Origin: Paraspadella gotoi
Lineage: Eukaryota; Animalia; Chaetognatha
Direction: 5' to 3'
Assembly: GCA_051294375.1 (NCBI GenBank)
Contig: CM119271.1
Coordinates: forward strand, 4,341,910 to 4,405,909
DNA: 64,000 nucleotides
The notes under the pieces were generated by a model, which saw only the letters and a program-made list of their open reading frames with translations, did not search any database and was not told the DNA's origin. Made by a program: the position numbers and the translations under genes. The number at the start of each line of letters is the position of its first letter. Positions within the stretch are counted from its first letter, which is position 1. This document shows positions 1-19,532 of the stretch, one piece after another.

Positions 1-1688
1 ACATCTTTTTATGACATTATTATGTCGAATTATTTCGAAAATATTTTCATCTCTCAATCATTTTATTTATCTTTTAGAGTTTTCCTTTAATCTGAATTAA
101 ATTTGAGAGGAAGAGAGAGCAGAGGAGAGAAGAGCGTAGAGGAGACGGACGTGTAGAGTGGCGATCGGGAGAAGAGCAGATCGAGAGAGGAAGAGTACAG
201 AGGAGGAGAGGGCGGAGAGAAGAGACGGGAGAGGAGAGAGAGGAAGGTGAACTCGCATGCAGGAGAGAGAGACGAGACGAGGGAGTAGTGGAGAGGGAGA
301 GAGAGAATCGCACGAGAGGTCTTCTCATGAGCAGTAGAGAGAGAGAGGGATTGAGGGGCAGAGATGAAGAGGTCGAGAGACAGAGCCGTCTCCCGGGTCA
401 GTGCTATCGCGCTTACGGCTGGGACGGCGGAGCGGCGGTACGGATGCGATCGCTCGTGGACGCATGAGGGCCGGGATTACGAGCCGCGAAGAGAGGCATC
501 TCTCGTCCTCGCGACTTCACCGGTCTACAAGTACGTCCTTCTCCTGCGTGCGCATACCGATGGCGCCCAGAGGCGCCTCGCCGTGTCGCGGCGCCCATCG
601 CCCGCAGCTCGGTTGCGCGCTCATCGCTGGTCGATCCGACGCTGACCGGAACGCCGGGTCGAACGTGGGACCGGCGTGACTCTCTGACCGCGCTCGCAGG
701 CTCAGATCTAGCGCGTAAGCACTGCCTCGCAAGGCTGAGGTTCAGCACTCCGATGTCATCACGGCGTAAGAAGAGGAGTAGACTCGAAGTGACGAGAACG
801 AGGAGTGCGCAGGGAGAGAGTCAGAGAGGGAGGCTCTGGGCGCAGTTTACGGCCGACCGTGGACGATGCAGGGTATGAGCAGCTCACGCTATCCTAGTCA
901 CCGACGTAGAGTACGGACCTCTACTCGACTGAAGGGCGATGGTAGCGTCATCGAGAGGAAGACAACGAGTCAGGACGAGAAGGCAAGATGCAGCCACCGA
1001 GCGCCTGAGTAACGGATGCTCCGCTCTCGACGTCTGGACGCGTTCGGCTCCCTCTCGAGAAGCGGAACTCGCATCTCCTGCTCCTCCACCGTCTAGTCTC
1101 CTTCTATCGTCTCTCCATGCCTCCGAGTCTCGTCTCGCGTCGTCCTCTCTCATCTCCTCTGCTCCTCCCGTTCCTCTCCCCATTTTTTTCGCCGGTTATC
1201 CATTACGCGCGGCGCCAGATGCCTTCCCGTTCTGGTAATAAGGTTCTGACAGAAAGCATCTTTTTATCGAAGTTATTCGAAAATTATTGTTCAGGTCTCG
1301 TGGAATCAATTTAAATGTTATACTGTTTAGAAGTTTCCTTTAAATCTGAATTAAGATTTCGATTTAAACCATCTAATTAGAAGAATTTGGTTTGATTTAA
1401 GGTCAGGAACTTGACCTTGTCGGTTGTTGTTGATTGTCGGGTCAGCGCCGGAGCAAAGAAGGAAGTTTTTTTTATTTAACACGTTGAAACGTACATGGTT
1501 TCGGCCTTAGTTTTGCGAGTTTTAGATGTTTCGTATTTTTGACNNNNNNNNNNNNNNNNNNNNNNNNNTGACATTCCTCATTTCTTTGCTTTCCTCTTCC
1601 AATCTGCCGACACAAGAGCCGCCATTTTGTTTCGATGAGTCATTGACCCCGAGTCAAATTAAACCCTAGAAAGAAATCAGTTATAGCA

Positions 1689-1754
<66 letters not shown>
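1689..1754 (+). repeat. (TCG)n microsatellite, representative
   Basis: Pure GTC/GAC run; others at 7337-7480, 30179-30270 and 34569-34616. Confidence 0.95.
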
Positions 1755-1757
<3 letters not shown>

Positions 1758-2442
1758 CGATCGTCTCCGTTGTTTCCATAAGCATTTGCAAATTTTCAAA
1801 ACTTATTTTCTTTTAAAAGAAAAACAATATGACAAATTGATGGAAATTATCCGGTTCCAATGAGTTTCATTCATCGATTCCATCCATTAACAACGACATC
1901 GACAATAACTACAACAACGACAACGACAGCCACCCGGTAATTAGAATTCCTTTCCCGAGTTTATCGGAAAAAACTTGGTTCGTTGCCTCGACTAAGTAAA
2001 AAACCTCTGGGCGTTCGTGAGAGCATTTTGACGTTGACGATCGCTACGTTGTCGTTGTTGTTTGCTTTTGTTGTCGTTGTTATTGCGTTTACGATGTTGT
2101 TTTTAATTTTCGTGACGACGAGATCATTCGTCGGTTTCCTCCATTTTTTACAAGAGACAAGACTACAAAAATTCTTTCAAATACGCTAGTTAGTTGATAC
2201 TTGATACTAACGTGAAATCCCGGTTGATTATTTCGGCACGGATTAATACAGTCGCGAATTCACGATTATCGGACTGAGACGTCGACGGCCGCGAACTCTT
2301 GTTCTCCGGACGAAAAGTCGGCCAAGTCCCGACAAGTCGGCCAAGTCTCTTCGTGAATTTAAAGTCGCGGACTCAACGAAATTTGCAATATTTTTTCTGC
2401 GCAGCGTAACAGTTTCCTCTCGCTCTCTATCTCCCTCTTTTT

Positions 2443-2777
2443 TTTTTTAGTTGCTCCGCGAGTACTCGATCTGACGGTCGGTCCGTCGGTCGGTCGGTCC
2501 GTCGATCGGTATGTCTGTCTGTCGGTCTGGCCCACTTACGTTAAAAATGCATGTAGTTTGGCTATTGTTGGTTGCTCATTTGTTAAGACGGAAATCTGCT
2601 AGCGCCGACTTCAGGAATTCCTAAAACTATAAAGAATACTAAAAGACGGAATTTTGATGCAGTGCATGTCATAAATACACGGGAAAAAATTGTTTAGTCA
2701 TGTCATATCATGTCATGTTATATCATGTTATCAAAGAGAGATACACCAGAAAATAAAGTCGCTGCGTCGTAACAAAT
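2443..2777 (+). mobile_element. HINE-like element, family A (GTTGC hairpin)
   Basis: T-run plus AGTTGCTCCGCGAGTACTCG, (GGTC)n microsatellite, and a body shared with 48360-48600, 16465-16740 and 60025-60320 (e.g. GCGCCG.CTTCAGGAA.TCCTAAAACT). Confidence 0.7.
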
Positions 2778-5700
2778 TTGAATTACCGTTCTTTTTTCTC
2801 TCTTTCTCTCTCAACAACTCATCCAAACGGCATGACACTATGTGGGCTATCTGTTTCTNNNNNNNNNNNNNNNNNNNNNNNNNNNNNNNNNNNNNNNNNN
2901 NNNNNNNNNNNNNNNNNNNNNNNNNNNNNNNNNNNNNNNNNNNNNNNNNNNNNNNNNNNNNNNNNNNNNNNNNNNNNNNNNNNNNNNNNNNNNNNNNNNN
3001 NNNNNNNNNNNNNNNNNNNNNNNNNNNNNNNNNNNNNNNNNNNNNNNNNNNNNNNNNNNNNNNNNNNNNNNNNNNNNNNNNNNNNNNNNNNNNNNNNNNN
3101 NNNNNNNNNNNNNNNNNNNNNNNNNNNNNNNNNNNNNNNNNNNNNNNNNNNNNNNNNNNNNNNNNNNNNNNNNNNNNNNNNNNNNNNNNNNNNNNNNNNN
3201 NNNNNNNNNNNNNNNNNNNNNNNNNNNNNNNNNNNNNNNNNNNNNNNNNNNNNNNNNNNNNNNNNNNNNNNNNNNNNNNNNNNNNNNNNNNNNNNNNNNN
3301 NNNNNNNNNNNNNNNNNNNNNNNNNNNNNNNNNNNNNNNNNNNNNNNNNNNNNNNNNNNNNNNNNNNNNNNNNNNNNNNNNNNNNNNNNNNNNNNNNNNN
3401 NNNNNNNNNNNNNNNNNNNNNNNNNNNNNNNNNNNNNNNNNNNNNNNNNNNNNNNNNNNNNNNNNNNNNNNNNNNNNNNNNNNNNNNNNNNNNNNNNNNN
3501 NNNNNNNNNNNNNNNNNNNNNNNNNNNNNNNNNNNNNNNNNNNNNTACGCTTTGGAGCCAAAATTCCGCCCATACATTTCCGCCCAACTTATGTCTTCCC
3601 GCCGTCTCAACAAGCCCGTCTCACTCAAAACTGTGTACACCGTCAAAAAAAAAAAATGAGGAAAAATAAAAGGGAAAAAAATGAATTCTCTTCCTTCCGC
3701 TCCTGTTTTTTTAAGGGGAAGAAGCATAGAATTTTCTTAAACGCCTCTTTTTTTTCTCTTTCTCTTTAATTCTTTTTAATTTCTAGAGCGACGGGAAAAA
3801 GTAAATGGTGTTTGGGTCCCTTAATTGTCGACGGCCGTGAGGAAGGCGCCAACGAAACGAAAAAATGGGGGCGCCAGTAGCGGGGGGTAGTTGAGCGTAG
3901 GGGGAAGGTAGAGTTGCGAGAGTTGTATAATTGAAAGTTGAGAATTGGAGAAGTATAAGAAGGGATTGTGTTGGAAGGGAAGAAATGTGTAAGGAAGTCA
4001 GGGAGTGTAGGATTTATTGATTTGATTTGATTTATTATGCTCAATATGTTTAAGTTTAACACAATAGTGATACAATTGTTAATGGGCTTAGAAACGTATG
4101 TATGATAGAGAGATAAAATAAATTAACAATAAAATAATAATATGGGCTAAATAATAAAATATGTATATATGATTTACAATTTCAGAAAGATCTCTTTTCT
4201 TTGAATTAGCAAAACGTGAATCGTTACCAATGGAAGAAGATGTAAAGCTNNNNNNNNNNNNNNNNNNNNNNNNNNNNNNNNNNNNNNNNNNNNNNNNNNN
4301 NNNNNNNNNNNNNNNNNNNNNNNNNNNNNNNNNNNNNNNNNNNNNNNNNNNNNNNNNNNNNNNNNNNNNNNNNNNNNNNNNNNNNNNNNNNNNNNNNNNN
4401 NNNNNNNNNNNNNNNNNNNNNNNNNNNNNNNNNNGAAGAGAAGAGAGCGAGTGAAATTATTGCGTCGTCATTGTCAGCGACTGAATGATCGTTAAGGTCG
4501 GGCAGAGTCGGGCACGGTTAGGCAGGATCGGGCAGGGTCGGAGCGGAGGACAAAGGTAAGCTATTTTGGTTCATTGTCGGGCAAAAGAAATGGGACGGAG
4601 GGAGGGAATAAAAAGGCGGACGGTGAAGCGAAAGTGGCCCGGGCAAAGTGGCTGGGCTGTGAAGGCGAGGTAGCCGGGCTGTGAAGCGGATGGAGACAAA
4701 CGGTTTGTAATTGACGATCGAGAATCAAAGAGAAGATTAAATTGTTATTATTGATATTATTGGGAAAAAAACGCTTTGAACTATGATGAAGGCAGAAGTC
4801 TTTGAAATATTGTGTTTTTATCAATAAATAATTGTATTTTATTTTCTTATGGCAAGCAAAAACCAAAAATAATACAAATTCAAACGTCTCCAATGAGCTC
4901 TCTAGAATAACAACTACATACTTAATCGTTTCTTTTCGCTGTTTGATCTCTCCTATCAACATTTGTTTTCAATTTTCCTTTTTCCTCTCTTCTTTTCTAG
5001 GTTTCCGCATACATCCCGTCGTGTCTTTTAGAGCAACGAAATTTCTGAACTTCAATTCATTACCATCTTTGCTTGATCTCATTGGTTAGACTGAAGCTTT
5101 CTCTTTATTTAAAAACAACGGCTAGGCGTATAGTTATTTTCTTCTTTGACATACAGTACTTTCCATCGGTTAAATTTTCTATGACAGATTTAAAAATACG
5201 CGGTAAGACATTGACTTTCTTCAATGATTGTCAAATCAAATTCTTACAATTTAGAGAGAATAACGTTATGGACCTTGAATTCGCTTTCATACGGAAAGAT
5301 AACTTAATACATGATTTGATTCGCTCCATACGAATCTTCACTGCTCTTTTTACTTCACATCCAAAAACTATTTCAGGCAGGGACCCACTATTCATCCTCA
5401 GTACAAATTTTTTTCCCCTCATAGCACTGTTCCCTCTGATTCTTTCTTTCTTCATCTCTTTTCCTCTCTTATTTGTCATTCTTTCTTTCTCCTCTTTTCT
5501 CCCCTACTTCTCACGCCTGCCGAATTACCTCTTTTCTGGCCCGTACTCTTTTTTGCACTCTTTCACATCTTTCCTCACCTTTCTCTTCTTCATTTCGTTT
5601 CCCTTTCTTTTCCCCTCTTCTTGCCATTTTTTCGCGCTCTTTTTTTTTCCCTTTTTTAAACCCCTTTTTTTTTAAATTTGCGTCCTGCCCCCAACCTTAT

Positions 5701-8004
5701 TTTTTTCTTTGTTTTTTTTCGAAAAACACCAACCAATTCTTGGGCCCTTTTCTTCTTGTCTTTATTTCTTCTGCCCCATTTGCCCCCCTCCTTTCATTGT
5801 CTCTCCCGACATCCTGTTTCTTCGTTTCCTCCCTCTTCCTCTTTCCTCTCACTACATTTACCGATTGCAGCCAAATAAAAAATATTTTTCTTACTCATTG
5901 TAAAAAAGAAATTAACGGTAATGGAGGCGATTTTTGATTTCAATTTGGTTGCCTTAGCAGAATGATTAACTTAAATCGACAAATTTTGCGGAAAAAACTT
6001 TTTCCGCAAAAATTCTGTCGATTTTGACGAAAAAAAACGAGATACTGACTGCTTTCCACTTGGAATCTTAATAAGCGATGCCGTTTTTTTTGTTTTAATA
6101 ACGTTCAGAGTATGGTACCTCATCTTTTAAAGAACTAATAATCATGCAGTTAAAATACTCCTCGTATTATCAAATATAAATGCAAGTCACAATGTAAAGT
6201 CAGCAAATTAACAAGTTGTCTTTTTAAAAATTATTTGTGCGCTAAACGAACAAAAGTCTTTTTGACTAATTTTGCTAGGTGTTAAAAGTACTTACTTTTA
6301 ATAGGCTATATTTTCTGTTAATTTCAACCAATTTTGATTCTTATTTTTCGGTGTTAACAAATTTTATGATAAAAGACTGAAAACATGCAAGACCTTTTTG
6401 GACTTGTTAACTCAATTCAAATCTTCAATTCATACAGGGCAATACTATAAAATGATGTTGAAGCAAATACCAATTTACCCAGGCGGTAATAGAAGCATTG
6501 AAGGCTAAAGAACGGATCTTGCAATTGAAAGTAAATAAATCTGTCCTCCTTCATCACTTTTCCCTTGGCATTTCAATCACTAGGTCGTAAGTAAATGGCA
6601 CACAAAAAATGGACATAATTTTCTGTTTTCTTAAAACGTTTGCCAAAATTGGTACTCTTCTTTATCATTTAGGAAAACGGGTGGAGATGTTTTTCTAAAC
6701 CAATCCTTCGGTGGGCGCCCAAGTCCTTGGGTGTTTTGCGGCACAAACAGTTAAGATCAGACATTGTACTATAGTAACATCCTGACATCCACACCTCACG
6801 TGGACCAAAGAGTCCGTTTTTTCCCTACAATGCAACCCGTCTTGTTATGCCGGCAACCTCCTACTCCTTTCCCTTATCTCGTTCCTCACCTCTCGATTTA
6901 CCCTTTTCTTCCCTCTTCTCTCTCCACCTTTCCTCCCTGCGAGCCTGCCCCACTCTCCCTCCTTCTATATGCACGACAAGTCCGTGTTTTCATCTTAATA
7001 TACGAATTATTGGCGTGACTCCGGCTTTCGTGAGACAGGCGCCGCCGGCTTCTCGGAACGTCCGAAAATAGACAACAAAAAATGGCCGCCGACGACGGAA
7101 TATGAAGGGGAGTAGCTTTATTTTTGCGCGCTCGAAGATGGATTACGACATCGCGGGACGCGACCGACGCGCCGATCGACGTTCGAGCGACTGCACGCCC
7201 TGAGCGGCGTCGCCGAACGCAATTATGGAACTTACGCTCGCAAGACCCGATGACGCATCGACGAACGTGCGAATCATTAGCATATACACCGTAAGAATTT
7301 CTAAGCAGATCGGATTAAGCTTAAATCCTTGAGGAGACGACGACGAGCGGACGACGACGCACGACGACGACGCACGACGCACGACCGACGAGAGCGACCG
7401 ACGACGACGCACGACGACGGACGACGACGACTGACCGACCGACGGACGACGACGACGACGACCGACGACGGACGACGACGACAGAGCCGCCTTACTCTTT
7501 CAGTCGAACTCTAAGGTCTGGTCGTTTATGGCGAAATTTCTAAATTTGACAAAGAACCCTGTCAGAACCGACGAAGTTTTTCTTTTTAAATGGCTCTTCG
7601 AGGCTCTCTCATGCGTTAGGTGTTTTGTTACTTGCTTCGTGCTGTACTGTTGTCTTAGTGCTTGTCTGTTGTTTGTGCATTATGTTTAGCTTCGATGCGA
7701 AACGGTAACTCTTCCCGGCTATGGCGGCTTCGGCAGGTTAAGTGCAGTACATCCTGCGCTCCCGTTGTCGCGCGAGCGGAGCGCGTTATGCATGCAAGGC
7801 CACGCAGGGCGTCTCTCGACCGCTACAGTTGAGCATGTTAGGCAAGAGGAGAGAGAGAGATGAGGAGAACAGAGAGAGAGAGACAGAGAGAGAGAGAGAG
7901 GAGAGAGAGAGAGTGACGAGAGAGAGAGAGAGAAGAGAAGAGATAGAAGAAAGACAAGAAGAAGGCAAAGAAAGACAGAAAGAAAGAGAAGAAGAAGAAA
8001 AAGA

Positions 8005-8056
<52 letters not shown>

Positions 8057-8661
8057 GAGAGAGAGAGGAGAGAGATCGATCCACGATGGTTATTCGCACG
8101 GCCTAATCGGCGGACGGGTCTGCCGTTCCTGAGTTGGCGCTGCTGATCTCAGCCGCCTTCTGTTTTTCCCCCTTCTGTTTTCTCTCCGCTTTCCCTTCTG
8201 TTTTACTCTTGTTTTCTTTTTTAATTCCTTTTCGAGAAAAAACGTACGCTGAACGAGGAAAAAGGCGCCAAAAACATAAACAGTCGGAAAGAGAGAAAAA
8301 AAATAGACAAAAATCGTGGATTAGATTATGTTTATTTTTTTAGTTTAGTTTTTTTTTATTATTATTATTATTTTTGAGGCTGAATAATAATAATAATAAA
8401 TTTAATTTTTAATTTCCCTTTTGTTTATTGATTACTAATGATACTAATGATACTAATGATACTAATGATTAGGTATTAACTAATTTTCTTTCATATATAC
8501 TATACCTCCTTTTTTTCTTGATTTGGTTTATTTGTTTAATAAATCTTGCGAAAATTCTTTCTTTCTTTCGTTCTTTCTCTCCTTCACCCATTTTTCATAA
8601 ATGTTCACATCATCGCAATGACCTCACCTCACTTCCCTCCCCCCGCTCCTTCTAAACTCAC

Positions 8662-15056
<6,395 letters not shown>

Positions 15057-15088
15057 CTGTCGGTGAAAGAGAACCAGAAATGAAACTA

Positions 15089-15175
15089 AGAAAAGAAAAG
15101 AAAAGAAAAGAAAAGAAAAGAAAAGAAAAGAAAAGAAAAGAAAAGAAAAGAAAAGAAAAGAAAAGAAAAGAAAAG
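15089..15175 (+). repeat. (AAAAG)n pentamer array
   Basis: Directly visible. Confidence 0.92.
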
Positions 15176-16464
15176 GAAAGAAAAAGAAAAAGGGAGGTGA
15201 ACAGACGAGATTATTCAAATGGAGGAGAGGAAATCAAAAGAAGAAGAAAAGGAAAAGAAAATGGAAAGAAATATATAGGGAACGAGGACGAGGTATCGCC
15301 GAGGGCGCTAGGGAGTCTAGATGGAGGGGTGGCGTATTGGGGGGGGAGGAGGGGCGGGGGGGGTGAAAATCTCCCCGAATTTCATTGGTGGAACTGTTCC
15401 AGTATTTCAAGGACCCTCCCTCCATAATTCAAAGGAAATCCTGGGGTGGAGGGAGACTCTGGGAGAGGGAGCGGGACGGGTTTAGGAAGGTTGAAAGAGA
15501 AAACTGGAAGAGAGTAAGAAAGAAAGAAAGAAAGAGATAAAGGAAAAAAAGAGTTAAAGAAAGAAAGAAAGAAAGAAAAAAAAGACAGACAAAAATAAAA
15601 GAAGGAAAAGAAAGTGAGTGAAAAATTGAGTGTTACACTGGAAGAGATGAGGTCGGGTGGGTTCACGTTGCGGAGAGAACGACGGGTAAGTTCCATCGCG
15701 ACGAAAATATTAAGAGTTCGAGAAAAAAGTCGGTGAAGAAAAAAAAGTATTTTTTTATATTTCGCATATTGTCGGTAGAAAGAAAAAAAAAAGACAAGTG
15801 AGAGCAATTTTAAGTTTTTGGTAGATTTTAAGAAATGGCGGTGTTGCGCATCGTTCGTCATCGGTTCTATTCATTGGCCTCATGTATGATCGAACATTCA
15901 GTCGTTAAATTATCGATTCGTTCATAAATGAAACATTTTGATCATCGCTTAATCATTCATTGATAATTTACTAATTATTCATTGATTATCCATTAGCTGT
16001 TTATCGATTATTCTTTGATTATTATACATCATTCGTTGAGTACAATGTAGTAGTTGTACAATGTACATTGTACAATGTTGGTTCAATTTCCCTCGAAATA
16101 TTTCTGAAAAGGAAACGTTGCACGCCCTGCTCATCATTATCCTCGGGGACTCCCCAGCTTCAATAACAGCAATTTTGAAATTTATTTCCAACTTCCGATG
16201 TACTATGCGGAAGAATTCCTTTTGGATCTTGGACCGGTGGCGGATGAGGAAGTAGAAATGAGTAAGGAAGAAAATAGATCATGGAAAATAGGAAATTTCA
16301 AAAATGGGAAATGGAAAAAAAAAATGGAAAAAGAAAATGAAAATAGAAAAGAAAAATAGAGACTGAGAAATGAAAGAGAGGAAGGGTGGATAAGTCTCTT
16401 TCTAAGAAGTAAAGAAAGAAGAAAAAAGAGAAAAAGACAGAAAGTGAAAAGAGAAAAAAGGATG

Positions 16465-16740
16465 AAACAAGAACGGTTATTCAAATGTGTTGCGCCGCAG
16501 TGACTTTCTTTCCACGTGTATTTATGATACGCATTGCATCTGAATCTTGTCTTTTATTTATTAAAGTTTTAGGATTTCCTGAAGGCGGCGCTCGCAGTCA
16601 CTTAGATTTGAGGTTTTTTCCGGTCTTAACAAATGAGCAATCAACTATAGGCGAATTATATGCATTTTTAATGTAAGTAGGACAGACCGATGGACAGACA
16701 TACCGACCGAGAGACAAATAGACAGACCAAAAAGTGACAA
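16465..16740 (-). mobile_element. HINE-like element, family A
   Basis: TGTGTTGCGCCGCAGTGACTTT...TTTTAGGATTTCCTGAAGGCGGCGCT...(GACA)n, same orientation as the 60-kb copy. Confidence 0.7.
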
Positions 16741-16940
16741 TTAAAGAAAAAAAGAGGAGGAAATAAAGGAAAGCTCAGAAGACACAGAGAGAGAGGAAGG
16801 GAAAAAAAGAGAACTTTGGAAAATAACGGAATTGAAAAACAAGTAGAATTATAAAAGACGATATTAAAAATAGGGGGGATAAGTAAGATAAAATTAAAAT
16901 AAAAAGATTAAAAAAAAGAGATTTAACTTCAGACGGATCA

Positions 16941-17734
16941 AAAACAAGTTTGAGCAAACAATGTCGGATCTGCCCACGATCATTATCGGTAATTAATTAA
17001 TTAATAATTAGTTCAAGTTAATTAATCATTTAATTAATTAATAATTAATTTATTCAAGTTAATTATTTAATTAATTAGGCAATTAATTAATGAATTTGAT
17101 CAGAAATATTTGTTTTGATTGATTAATTGACTGATTAATTAATTATTGATTAATTAATTGACTAATTGATTAATTAATTGATTAATTATTTGATTAATTA
17201 ATACTTCTTGCATTTAAAAATAAAAAGAAGCATAATCATTAGTTGAATAGTATTGTTTTTTCCATTTAAACTCATTTCTCACTCAAACGATTTCATCGAA
17301 ACTTGATTTCCAGTTTAATCACACACTTTTCTACCCAAATACAAAATTTCAAGTCAATCGCCCCATCCACTCATGAGTAATTGGTGTTCAAATAGTGAAA
17401 TTATTTTTAATTTTTTCAAATTTAAACTCATTTCCATGGACGATTCCATCGAAACTTTATATTCAGCTCAATCACACACTTCCCTACCCACACACAAAAT
17501 TTTATTCCAATCCATCCATCCAATCACGAGTAATTGGTGTTTTTTGCTAAGGTGGGGACGGAACGGACAGACAGACAGACGGACATCGTTTTTTTTTTTT
17601 TTGCATAATTTATCATAATTCGATGTTCTGACATGATTATAAGTGACTGCTCGACAATATTGGAGGGGCGTACCGACGGGACGACAAAGTGAATTATAGA
17701 GTCGGGATCTGCTGAAAGGCAGATCCGACTAAAA
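16941..17734 (-). mobile_element. DINE-1/HINE-like non-autonomous Helentron element, family B (GTCGGATCTGC subterminal repeat)
   Basis: One end is the hairpin AGTCGGGATCTGC-N6-GCAGATCCGACT beside an A/T run and (GACA/GACG)n microsatellite; the other end has the subterminal repeat GTCGGATCTGC plus a small stem-loop GTTTG-AG-CAAAC. Confidence 0.7.
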
Positions 17735-17849
17735 ATTATGAGTCATGCAGAGGCAGCCAGAAAAAAGAAAGAAATCAAAGGCAGCAGCAGAAGCAGCAGG
17801 AGAAAAGAGAGAAAAAGAAAGAGCCCCTGAATCAGCACTAAAAATGATC

Positions 17850-18000
17850 ATAAAAATGATGCAAGTAAAAAAATGATGCAAGTTGAAAAAATGATTCAAA
17901 TTGTAAATGATGGCAAATTGAAAAAATGATGTGAGTTGAAAAAATTATGTGAGTGGAAAAAATGATGCGAGTTGAAAAAATGATGCGAGTTTAAAAAATT
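17850..18000 (+). repeat. ~18-bp minisatellite (AAAAAATGATGCGAGTTG)n
   Basis: About eight imperfect units. Confidence 0.75.
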
Positions 18001-18029
18001 TAAAAAAAATTGTGATTTATCATCTGATT

Positions 18030-18087
18030 ATCTGATTACCGCTTAATTATCGTAGCAGATCCGACATTGTTTGCTCAAACTTGTTGA
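18030..18087 (+). mobile_element. HINE family B end, inverted relative to 16941
   Basis: 18055-18085 is the exact 31-bp reverse complement of 16943-16973. Confidence 0.7.
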
Positions 18088-18486
18088 AAAAAATGTTCAC
18101 TTTATTTTACGAGCAATTCTAATATGGTCTTAAAATTTAATAACAAATTAATTTCAATTCATTACAATATATAAATATAGCTTAAAGGTTCAAATAATGT
18201 ATAAAATTATAAAAAAATCACAAGCCTATTTTAAAGACACTTTAATTGTACTTAGGCTAAAAGGGCAAAATAGGCATTTATTTTTTTCTTGTAATCTTGT
18301 AATTCACAGAAAACTGATGATGTTACATTCTTGTTATTTTTTTTTTTCATACATTTTGTATTTCATGTCAATTATCTGTAATTTAATTTGTTTTTGTTTA
18401 AAGAAAAAACAAAAACTGTGTTGTAATTGAAAATATGTTTGTTTTTATTTAATGAAAATATTTTTCTAATGAACGATTATTAATTA

Positions 18487-19142
18487 TATTGTGGCGAATC
18501 CTAAATTTGCCTCCCGTATAGCTTGGTGAAACTGAGCTCGTCCCATTGGCTTGGACCGCTAAGTACTCGTCCACCAACCGTGAGTTCCGGGTTCAATCCC
18601 CTCACGGTCACGCTGGTTAAAGTGTGATGGTGTCGGCATGAACACGCCATTCTTGCCAGGTTATCCCAGTTTGCCCTAACCGCAGCACCATCCACAACCT
18701 CCGCCAGCAAACCGATGCCGATGCTATGTTCGACAAAGACTCGACTGGTGCTAATTAAAGTTTAAAAACATTAGGACAAATGGAACGATGCCGATTGAGT
18801 TCCAAAACAGCCCAGAGGGACCGGAGAACAGCTCCGTGATCGTAATAGAGCCGTGGATGCAGAATCGGGATGGCAACAGCTAGCGCTGGGAATGTCATCC
18901 AGTTCTGGTCAGCGTTGTCTAGTCATTGTCTCTGTAGGGGTTGAACTCTTTTTCTTTCCTCCACTCTTGAGTGACTAGCCATCTCGTATAATGAGACATA
19001 TAACTTCGAGAGTTTAATATTTTTATGAACTTAAAATAATTGATAATCAATGTAAATAAAAGATTCTTCATAGAGTTTCGATCTCGGGACTTTCGGCCCA
19101 CATCAATTTGCTTAGTGGAAGGCGCCACTCTGTTTCACAACA
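18487..19142 (+). mobile_element. Candidate solo LTR (~650 bp)
   Basis: Higher-complexity island in AT-rich DNA; imperfect terminal IR TATTGTG...CACAACA; AATAAA ~85 nt before the end; TSD only imperfect (ATTA/TTTA). Confidence 0.35.
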
Positions 19143-19190
19143 TTTATATATTCACTTTTACAATTTATCTATCATTTAAGGAAAAACTCA

Positions 19191-19225
19191 CGGAGGCGTG
19201 GGTTCGAATTCCACCGCTGCCACCA
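19191..19225 (+). other. 3' 35 nt of tRNA-Leu including CCA, flanked by 18-bp direct repeats (extended PBS or retrocopy)
   Basis: CGGAGGCGTGGGTTCGAATTCCACCGCTGCCA-CCA matches the variable arm, T arm and acceptor end of metazoan tRNA-Leu (from memory of the consensus); CATTTAAGGAAAAACTCA at 19173-19190 and 19226-19243. Confidence 0.8.
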
Positions 19226-19227
19226 CA

Positions 19228-19532
19228 TTTAAGGAAAAACTCATGGGTTTTTGGTGAATACTAAAACGAGATTTTATTCTGAGAATAAAATAGTGACGGT
19301 GAGACACGCGCAGGAGTCCAGATCAATTCTACTGAAACTAAGGAAGCTAGGTCTATTTATATCTAGAGAAGAGGATCAGAGGCAAGGGGTATTTTTACAA
19401 TTCCATTGTTTCTGCAAGCTGATTGGTCGATTCCGATTCCGCCTCAACCAATCATGATTCCAATTCTGCGGGATTTATCCGTGCCTTCGATCCGATTTGC
19501 TTTTGGTTAGCTTGATTCTCCTGCGATGCTAT
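19228..19532 (-). mobile_element. Partial LTR (R/U5 end) of a tRNA-Leu-primed LTR element
   Basis: On the minus strand: TATAAATA (19354-19361), AATAAA (19273-19278), then TGGTGGCAGCGGTGG PBS-type sequence at the end. Confidence 0.5.

Noticed and set aside
1-1543. GC-rich overlapping ORFs at 364-1314
   Set aside because: The sequence looks like error-rich read extension up to a 25-N gap; no consistent frame or motif.
2690-3769. Long ORFs spanning N-runs (also at 4.2, 27, 50.7 and 54.4 kb)
   Set aside because: They are open only because Ns translate as X.
5073-5675. 200-aa ORF
   Set aside because: The second half is a pyrimidine low-complexity tract, no domain is recognisable, and the opposite strand has multiple stops.
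7719-8099. ERERER/SLSLSL and poly-R/T/V/S ORFs throughout the window
   Set aside because: They are translations of (GA)n and (GAC)n microsatellites.
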